Of a stretch of 19,787 nucleotides of DNA, positions 1 to 6,133 are shown piece by piece. The translations under genes were made by a program, and so were the position numbers. Within the stretch, counting starts at the first letter, position 1, and each line of letters starts with the position of its first letter. Where the stretch lies: positions 81,629 to 101,415 of IMG/VR virus record IMGVR_UViG_3300010413_000009. One strand, 5' to 3'. Origin of the DNA: a virus. The notes beneath the pieces were generated by a model. The model searched no databases. It was not told the DNA's origin and saw only the letters and a program-made list of their open reading frames with translations.

Positions 1-1588
1 ATTCACTGATGATTTTGTTCGCGAGTTTCGGATACCATTCCAAATCACGGTTCGCGATCGAGTCATCGTCGAACCAAACGAGCCAGTTCGTCTCGATTGG
101 GTTAGTTTCATCCCAAAACAGCTGCCTCATGGCTGGATATTTCTTCCTGTTGCCATCATTCAGCACCAAAGTATGCACTGTTCCGTCGTCACGCAGCCGT
201 TCAAGCCATGCGCGCGTCTCCATACAGAGCTGATTCGTCACAATCCGTATCTGTCGTCGCAGCGGAGACGTCGTTTTGAGAATGCTACCGAGGCACGCAC
301 GGTGCATGTCTGGGTAATTTCCGTACATCAGTATGCAAATCGTCATCGACCCGCCGATAATCGGGTCATCGAACGGGTCTTCGCGCAATATCGGTGTCAC
401 CGGCTTCGCCGCTTTGTGCCGCTGCTGCGAAAATGCGTTGATGAGTGTTGGTACGCCCGGCTCTGCGGGCGCTGCAGCCGGCTTTACGGCCTCCAAAAGA
501 GTCTCAAGAGGGGCAAAAAGGTCGATTTTCGTAGGATGGAGCACGCGTTTTGGCGGAATTGGTGCATTAGGTAGGGCCAAATCGCGCGGGCTGCCAATAG
601 CTGGCAGTGTTCCATCCTTGTAGTAGCTCATTACCGCCTCCAAGACGTGTTCTACAGTGATCATGCGCAAGCATTCGGGTATTGTCTGTCCAAAACCATC
701 GTCAACTGGCAGTTTACAGTATGATCGATGCTTGTCCTTTTGGGTATGTAAGACTTTGTTTTTCCAGCACCCGCGATCACGGCAGCATTCGAGCAGTCCC
801 TGGGTATGCAAATAGCGATGTGGCACGCGCACAGACTGTGAGTATGGGCCGAAATTCTCTACACCGACCACATTGACGTAGGCTTCCCACCACCAATGCT
901 CGCGCCCGCCGGCAATGCAGACACAAGGCTTGTCAAAGCACGCAGCCATGTGCATCAGACTCGTGATCGGACAGATAACGCCGTCTGAATGGTGTACAAG
1001 CCATACCAGATCGCGCAAATTCGTCTGTCCGAGTAGATCTAGCACACCATCGACAGGAGGATTGACGCAATCTCTGGAAGTTGCGCCGCATCGTATGAGT
1101 TTCAATCCCGCGTCGCGAAGCTTATTGATCAATTGCTGCCAGCGCGTTGCCGACCACGCCTTCGTTGTGAAGTCTGTCTTGCTGCCAGGCACGACAATCC
1201 AGTAGCGCTCAGCGATCGGGGAGTTCTTGTAGTGCCAATCATCAAGATGCAGGTCACCCTTCGGATACAAGCACGGTACTGGCATGCCTACGCGATGTTC
1301 GAACTCGCGATGGAACGCCGTGACGAAATGCAGTTTGTGGTGATTGGATAGCTTTATGTATCTCCCATAACCCAAATCAACACGCTTGATGTGCCTCGGG
1401 GGTCGACTATGATTGCCCGCGATGTATGGATTATGATCCCACAGTGTTTTGCAGTGTGTAGCAACATGAATTTCGTACTTACCGGGATACGTTAAGGCGA
1501 GATCTCTCGGTAACGCGGTCAGGCAAGTGATATCGCCAGGCGCACACCCGTGTGTAAGCAGGAGCGGTTCTGCTGAATTTGATCCCAT
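1..1588 (-). CDS. Fused glycosyltransferase, partial: N-terminal GT9 (heptosyltransferase-like) domain and C-terminal GT2-like domain. ATG at 1588; the C-terminus lies beyond the left window edge.
   Basis: Hand translation of the minus strand from the ATG at 1588 gives one open frame to position 1, which the ORF track omits because there is no in-window stop. The N-terminus reads MGSNSAEPLLLTHGCAPGDITCLTALPRDL ... WIVVPGSKTDFTTKAWSATRWQQLINKLRDAGLKLIRCGA ... LVHHSDGVICPITSLMHMAACFDKPCVCIAGG. This matches the GT9 pattern of a GD(v/i) N-terminal segment, a K/T-K-xW acceptor region and an xDxGxMHLAAAxxxPxVxLFG-like C-terminal segment. Further on comes SMTICILMYGNYPDMHRACLGSIL ... NWLVWFDDDS, a GT2-like N-terminal stretch with a DxD motif. 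The start lies 8 nt downstream of the preceding gene's stop. Confidence 0.6.
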   Translation of the reverse strand, partial: MGSNSAEPLLLTHGCAPGDITCLTALPRDLALTYPGKYEIHVATHCKTLWDHNPYIAGNHSRPPRHIKRVDLGYGRYIKLSNHHKLHFVTAFHREFEHRVGMPVPCLYPKGDLHLDDWHYKNSPIAERYWIVVPGSKTDFTTKAWSATRWQQLINKLRDAGLKLIRCGATSRDCVNPPVDGVLDLLGQTNLRDLVWLVHHSDGVICPITSLMHMAACFDKPCVCIAGGREHWWWEAYVNVVGVENFGPYSQSVRVPHRYLHTQGLLECCRDRGCWKNKVLHTQKDKHRSYCKLPVDDGFGQTIPECLRMITVEHVLEAVMSYYKDGTLPAIGSPRDLALPNAPIPPKRVLHPTKIDLFAPLETLLEAVKPAAAPAEPGVPTLINAFSQQRHKAAKPVTPILREDPFDDPIIGGSMTICILMYGNYPDMHRACLGSILKTTSPLRRQIRIVTNQLCMETRAWLERLRDDGTVHTLVLNDGNRKKYPAMRQLFWDETNPIETNWLVWFDDDSIANRDLEWYPKLANKIISE

Positions 1589-1596
1589 GAACAAAT

Positions 1597-2679
1597 TCAC
1601 CACTTCCAGATAGGACAGTGCTCCGTTGCTATCCTGATTTTGTTGCGCAGCGGCCGATTTTTGTCAAACGCGTCTAGCATCGCTGGCAAATTTGGCTCAT
1701 TGCCGTGTATTCCGCAACCGCAGCGCGTGCAATACCCGTCCCAGTAGTAAAAACATGGCTGACAGTGGCCGGTGTAGCAATCCTCCACTTCAGCGTCTGT
1801 CCGAAGTGGCTTTCCTTCTTGCAGCCAGTTGTTCAGCGCGATTTCGAGCAACTTCTTCTTCGAAAGAGGCGATGTTTCGCTCCGCGGGCGCCTGCCGAGC
1901 GGAGTCATCGCTTGTGGAAACGCAACACGCGGTCTGAATATCGGCAATGGGCCGTGCAGGGTAATACTTGGGTCAAAATCGGGCAAATCCACGCCCAAAA
2001 TACGTGATGCCGCGTCCAATTTGGCACTGATGGCGGCATCATCGGAGATCATGACGCGATTTAGGTGCAGCCAACACGGCTCGCACCATTCGAAGTGGTA
2101 TTTAGCCGGATTTTCCAGCCTGTCGAAGTATTTCACCCTGTCCGGTACCCGTATAAGGCGATGCGCCGCGTACGATTTGGCTGTCGCAGGGCCGCGCAAC
2201 CTGTTTTGCGCGATATTGCTCTTCTGTATTGCTGGTGCCTCGGTATCGAACGCCAGCCATGTAGGCCAAAATCGCTGCTCGCCGTCACGTAACTGCCCCC
2301 GCCCGGCTATATCATTGCCGTCTAGCAGCAAACTTACGTCCAGATTTCTTGTCGGCAGCGTGTCGCTCTGCAATACGGCAATAAATCGCTCTGGTTGGGT
2401 TATCGCATGCCGTTTTAATTGAGCAATGATGGCCCAGACACGCCGTGTCAGATGCAGCCCGCCAATATCCTCCGAGATTTCAAGGATTTCGACGCCAAGT
2501 TGTGCCGCTGCGTCGTCTAATAAGCATCTTTCACCGGCCGAAAAGGCTGGATCGCCGCCAAACGGGCCCTGAACGACGATAATTCGCGTCAAATCGGCCA
2601 CGTGTTTGCGTAAAAGGCTAATTTGCGCGGGTAACGTGCGGAATCTATGTGAAACCAACGTGTAAACTGCTGTGCTCAT
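1597..2679 (-). CDS. Hypothetical protein with a C-terminal Cys/His-rich cluster, putatively metal-binding. The start is placed at ATG 2679 rather than the track's 2775.
   Basis: The track ORF 1597..2775 begins with a TTG codon (caa at 2773-2775) and would overlap the upstream gene by 92 nt. The in-frame ATG at 2679 (MSTAVYTLVSH...) sits just after the upstream stop at 2684-2686. The C-terminal segment reads CYTGHCQPCFYYWDGYCTRCGCGIHG. No family was recognised from memory. It is co-directional and contiguous with its neighbours. Confidence 0.45.
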   Translation of the reverse strand: MSTAVYTLVSHRFRTLPAQISLLRKHVADLTRIIVVQGPFGGDPAFSAGERCLLDDAAAQLGVEILEISEDIGGLHLTRRVWAIIAQLKRHAITQPERFIAVLQSDTLPTRNLDVSLLLDGNDIAGRGQLRDGEQRFWPTWLAFDTEAPAIQKSNIAQNRLRGPATAKSYAAHRLIRVPDRVKYFDRLENPAKYHFEWCEPCWLHLNRVMISDDAAISAKLDAASRILGVDLPDFDPSITLHGPLPIFRPRVAFPQAMTPLGRRPRSETSPLSKKKLLEIALNNWLQEGKPLRTDAEVEDCYTGHCQPCFYYWDGYCTRCGCGIHGNEPNLPAMLDAFDKNRPLRNKIRIATEHCPIWKW

Positions 2680-2683
2680 GATC

Positions 2684-4534
2684 TCAACTGATTGATACCG
2701 TCGGAACTTGCCCTGTTGGGCTGCAGCCTTCCTGCACAATGTGCATCGTATATGTGCCTTGTGGCGGGCAACCAAACACCGCCGTGCGCGGCTCGCTCAT
2801 CCAGGCAATTTCCTCGAGATTTGTTTCAGGATCGCACGATGTGCCGCCAATCTCTAAGTACCAGACATCGCAATCGCACGTCAGATTGACCCAGATAATG
2901 ACACATTCATAGCCGCTGGGGTATTGTTCATCATAGTAGTAGCATGTACCGTCCCCATTCGTCGTCTTCGCCGGGGTGAATGTTGCATTGAAAATATCAC
3001 AATACCCGGTGAGCCCGCTTACAGAGATGGTTTTGGATGATGGGCATTCGCTACATGTCGAGCAGTCCGTGCAGCACGCCAATGATGGCGAACCTGTGGC
3101 CGAGCCGGTCGCCGTGAACGTAGCGGCACTCGGCAATTCGAGCTCGCCGACATCGCCCTCGTAGGCATCAGTAACTGGCGTGCAATTGCTATTGGTTGTG
3201 AAATACCATGTGCCTGTAGTGTCGCCGTTATCGACGTAGCACAAATACCAGCTCCCGCCGTATTGCTGATACTTCGGCATGCCGTTGTAATAGCCGACAA
3301 TGTTGTAGTAGCCAACAACACTCTCCGAGCATCCGCTACAGGTTACTTCATAACCACCGGAATCACACGGGCCGACGCTAGAACTCGACAACGAGCTTAA
3401 TGATTCTGATGAAAGACTACTAAACATCGAGGACGAAGACGACGGAGGGCATTCGCAGTACCAAACAATCTCGCCATAAAAGCGTCCCGTGATGCACGGA
3501 TGCCCGTGATGATCGGTACCGCTATAAAACCTCCACCAACCTTCACCGCCACCGCCGCCGCCTCCATCAGGACATTCGTCAGGATCACCCCAGGTGACCA
3601 GACATTCGCTAGCCATATCGTCTTTACATTGGCACCAGATCCACGCGCTGCAATCACCGGATACCGCGCAAGCGCCACCATCTTGCCCGAGAACATTATC
3701 AGGCGTGGTATCTGCAACGATCGGCAGCTTCCCGATTTGCCAAGCGAGTGTGGGAAAGTCTGGATATGGGCAGCTTTCGAGCGACTCGACAAGACTGCTT
3801 AGGCTACTGCTGAGGCTGCTGAGACTGCTGAGACTGCTGAGACTTGAGGATGGCGTACAGCAATAACCAACCATCAGCGTTTCGCCATAGAACCGCCCAA
3901 CTACTGGCGGCGGGCCAAGCTCATTGCAGCCACCCCGAAACACCCAATGACCGCTGCCAGTAGCTCCCGCTGGACACTCTTCTGTGTTTGGGCAATCAGG
4001 TTTGCATCCGGCGATCGTGTTGTACTCAGGATCCCCGGCGCATGGGCACCATGTCCAAACACCAAGTGCGCCCTCGCCGCATTCTTCCTCCGGAAAGATA
4101 AGCTGTGGTACGTAGGTGCTGCCTTGATAATCGCCAATGGGCGTATTCCAAGGAAACGGCGGCGATGGTATATCCGGACAGACGTATCCGTACTCTGATC
4201 TGTATGACCAATGACTGCCGCCAGAAATGGTCTCGGTAGGGCAGCGACAGATTATCGAGACCTCGCCATAGAACGTGCCGTCATAGCACGGCGGCCCAAG
4301 ACACGGATCACCGCACTTGATGCTCCACGTGCCCTCACCCGCACATGCAGTATCGCATGTGTCGTCCATCGGGCATGAGCTATCAGACCGTATGCACTCA
4401 CTTGTGAGCGGACCGCATGCGCACCAGACCCAGATAGAGCATTCTGAATCTTCGTTGGTCGGATATTCAGTATCCGTAGGCGTGTCGTTGAATGTCGGCC
4501 ACGTAGGTAACCCACACGTCGGATCGATCGGCAT
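2684..4534 (-). CDS. Very cysteine-rich 616-aa protein with a triplicated Cys/Trp module, Ser-Leu tandem repeats and a poly-Gly run. Candidate receptor-binding fibre or adhesin-like protein. No N-terminal signal peptide is evident.
   Basis: ATG at 4532-4534 follows directly after the upstream TAA: TAATGACCGATG. Three paralogous segments are present: (i) SIWVWCACGPLTSEC...TFYGEVSIICRCP, (ii) GVWTWCPCAGDPEY...GRFYGETLMVGYCCTPSSSLSSLSSLSSLSSSLSSL and (iii) SAWIWCQCKDDMASEC...GGGGGGGEGWWRFYSG...GRFYGEIVWYCECPPSSSSSMFSSLSSESLSSLSSSS. The C-terminal region carries additional CxC, CxxC and CDCD motifs. The protein contains dozens of Cys residues. Confidence 0.5.
   Translation of the reverse strand: MPIDPTCGLPTWPTFNDTPTDTEYPTNEDSECSIWVWCACGPLTSECIRSDSSCPMDDTCDTACAGEGTWSIKCGDPCLGPPCYDGTFYGEVSIICRCPTETISGGSHWSYRSEYGYVCPDIPSPPFPWNTPIGDYQGSTYVPQLIFPEEECGEGALGVWTWCPCAGDPEYNTIAGCKPDCPNTEECPAGATGSGHWVFRGGCNELGPPPVVGRFYGETLMVGYCCTPSSSLSSLSSLSSLSSSLSSLVESLESCPYPDFPTLAWQIGKLPIVADTTPDNVLGQDGGACAVSGDCSAWIWCQCKDDMASECLVTWGDPDECPDGGGGGGGEGWWRFYSGTDHHGHPCITGRFYGEIVWYCECPPSSSSSMFSSLSSESLSSLSSSSVGPCDSGGYEVTCSGCSESVVGYYNIVGYYNGMPKYQQYGGSWYLCYVDNGDTTGTWYFTTNSNCTPVTDAYEGDVGELELPSAATFTATGSATGSPSLACCTDCSTCSECPSSKTISVSGLTGYCDIFNATFTPAKTTNGDGTCYYYDEQYPSGYECVIIWVNLTCDCDVWYLEIGGTSCDPETNLEEIAWMSEPRTAVFGCPPQGTYTMHIVQEGCSPTGQVPTVSIS
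3794..3847. repeat. Imperfect tandem repeat of a 9-nt unit (gag[a/g]ctgct), about five to six copies, inside the Cys-rich CDS. It encodes (SSL)n.
   Basis: The sequence ...actgcttaggctactgctgaggctgctgagactgctgagactgctgagact... is read directly. The reverse-strand frame gives SSLSSLSSLSSLSSSLSSL. A nearby GGC/GGT codon run at about 3537-3560 encodes GGGGGGG. Confidence 0.8.
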
Positions 4535-4540
4535 CGGTCA

Positions 4541-4930
4541 TTAGTCCACGGGAACTGGCGGCGCTTTTACCGCTATGAATTTTGTGAGCTGGTCAACGTC
4601 GATGATGCCTATATGATACCGCCAGTTTTCCTTGCCGTCGAACCGCCAGCAGATAAGTAGCTGCGGTATGGAGTTTGACTTGGTGCGCTTCATGCATTCG
4701 GCTGCAACCTGCCTGTACTCGTCGATATCGATGTAGACGTAAACGATGTCGCGCAAGTTGCCGCGTTTCTCGAGCACCGGCAATACCTTATCCCGCACAT
4801 GATGACACGGTCCGCACCAAGTTGCGCCCAGCATCACGAGCAACGGCTCATCTTCCTTCAGGGCCTTCTGATATGCCTCAGTATACGGATTGGGCGCCGC
4901 GGCGAAGAGCAACAGGATTAGCGCGTACAT
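4541..4930 (-). CDS. Thioredoxin-fold thiol-disulfide oxidoreductase with a WCGPC active-site motif and an N-terminal hydrophobic signal peptide or membrane anchor.
   Basis: The translation reads M(SIM)YALILLLFAAAPNPYTEAYQKALKEDEPLLVMLGATWCGPCHHVRDKVLPVLEK... The segment ALKEDEPLLVMLGATWCGPC aligns with the canonical thioredoxin beta-strand plus WCGPC motif. The hydrophobic N-terminus replaces the first Trx strand, as in TlpA/ResA/DsbE-type membrane-anchored proteins. The track start at 4939 is a GTG (cac); the ATG at 4930 is preferred. The gene overlaps the stop of the upstream 339-aa gene (4936-4938) in either case. Confidence 0.65.
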   Translation of the reverse strand: MYALILLLFAAAPNPYTEAYQKALKEDEPLLVMLGATWCGPCHHVRDKVLPVLEKRGNLRDIVYVYIDIDEYRQVAAECMKRTKSNSIPQLLICWRFDGKENWRYHIGIIDVDQLTKFIAVKAPPVPVD

Positions 4931-4935
4931 GATGC

Positions 4936-5955
4936 TCACATCCCAGTGAAAAGGAGCCCAGTCTGAGGCGGCAGTATATGCCGCAGCATCTCCTCCAGAT
5001 TGTTCAACGAATCGTAGTGCCGCACTTTGATGACAATGCAGCTATCGAGATCGAGCTCGTGCGGAGGTTTCGTCAAAGCAGTGCCACCAGCCATGCCCGC
5101 AGGTACTATGACATTACTGCTAGCACCCAGTTCCATATCTGGCTGAAACTCGCTGATCTCAAAGGATTTGATGAGCGGCGTATTCGCAGGCGGCGTAGAG
5201 CCCACAGGCGCGCCCAGGACGTCGTCCTTGTCGATGCGGTAGATATTGCGCGTCGTGGCTAGAAAGCGCCCACGGCGATCTGTGGCGTCCACAAGGACTG
5301 TTTCCTGCCCGTCGGCAAGCGGCACACCCAGGAACGCGGCCACGGCCCGCTGGAGCCCCCCGGTAGTGGTACCTTTGACATGGCAATCGGCGATAGCATT
5401 GATAGTACGCTTGTACCGGAGATACTCCTCATGCCCGCCTTCGGTGGGTCTTGGAAAGTCGTAGATATAGCCGAGGTGCTTCTCGACGTACCCCCGATCG
5501 AATTGTGCGCGAATTCCCCACAGATAAGCCGTGTCATCGCTGTGCGATATCAAGCTGTCAGTGAATGGATCTTTCACGAATTCTATGATGGATTCGTGAA
5601 TTTGGTAGTCTATCCCTTCATGCAATACCCGCGTCGCGTTTGTGACACGATTCAGCAAGAGCGGCACGCTATACAGCCCCGGCGGCTTCGGAAACAGGCT
5701 CTCGTGATTGTCGCGCGGAAGTTCCAACAGAAATCGGCGCTCAGTATGGTACAGTGGTACCGACAGCCGCCCGGCGCATGCCAGCACTTCCTCGAGATTC
5801 TGGCGCTGCTGCGCGCAAAGCTCAAGATTCGCGCGTACGAGGGCTAGCAGCGGGCTATTACCGGCGTAATACTGTGTCCATAGTGAGCCCAAGAGGGCCA
5901 GAGTATCGCGCGCTTGCTTCTGGGAAAGCGTACCCTTTTGTGGTAGTTCAGGCAT
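4936..5955 (-). CDS. Hypothetical 339-aa protein. It is the first gene after the AT-rich gap and may be a fibre-attachment or baseplate-distal component.
   Basis: ATG at 5953-5955. The gene is co-directional and translationally coupled to the downstream thioredoxin gene. It sits immediately after a gp25-like/J-like pair, where gpI-like or fibre genes sit in P2/Mu-type tail modules. No motif was recognised. Confidence 0.4.
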   Translation of the reverse strand: MPELPQKGTLSQKQARDTLALLGSLWTQYYAGNSPLLALVRANLELCAQQRQNLEEVLACAGRLSVPLYHTERRFLLELPRDNHESLFPKPPGLYSVPLLLNRVTNATRVLHEGIDYQIHESIIEFVKDPFTDSLISHSDDTAYLWGIRAQFDRGYVEKHLGYIYDFPRPTEGGHEEYLRYKRTINAIADCHVKGTTTGGLQRAVAAFLGVPLADGQETVLVDATDRRGRFLATTRNIYRIDKDDVLGAPVGSTPPANTPLIKSFEISEFQPDMELGASSNVIVPAGMAGGTALTKPPHELDLDSCIVIKVRHYDSLNNLEEMLRHILPPQTGLLFTGM

Positions 5956-6133
5956 GGCTTACGTCAGTTTGTATTCGCTGCTATGTACGTATATTTTTGC
6001 ATTATTGAGTTACGCACGCTGTAAATCCTTTAGTACTAAAGACTTACAACGCGGCTAATAGATGCTAAATATTCGTGCATATCGCGGACCCCTCTCTTAC
6101 GTCAATTTCAAGAGTTTATTTAAGCGACACTTT
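5956..6133 (-). promoter_or_regulatory. AT-rich 178-bp intergenic spacer between the Baseplate-J-like gene and the accessory cassette. It is a candidate internal promoter or module boundary.
   Basis: It is the only sizeable non-coding gap in the operon and is markedly AT-richer than its surroundings (ttgtattcgctgctatgtacgtatatttttgcattattgag...). On the transcribed strand it contains TTGAAA, TTGACG and TTTACA-N15-TAATGC-like hexamers, but none gives a clean sigma-70 -35/-10 pair. Confidence 0.3.

Noticed and set aside
1597-2775. Longer 392-aa version of the unknown gene.
   Set aside because: The upstream start is a TTG and would overlap the Cys-rich gene by 92 nt. The ATG at 2679 lies immediately after that gene's stop.
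3794-3847. Short direct repeats considered as a CRISPR array.
   Set aside because: The repeats are 9 nt long and contiguous with no spacers, and they lie in-frame within a CDS. This is a coding tandem repeat.
5956-6133. Specific sigma-70 -35/-10 promoter call in the AT-rich gap.
   Set aside because: Several partial hexamers are present (TTGAAA, TTGACG, TTTACA...TAATGC), but none has good spacing. The region is reported only as a candidate regulatory region.
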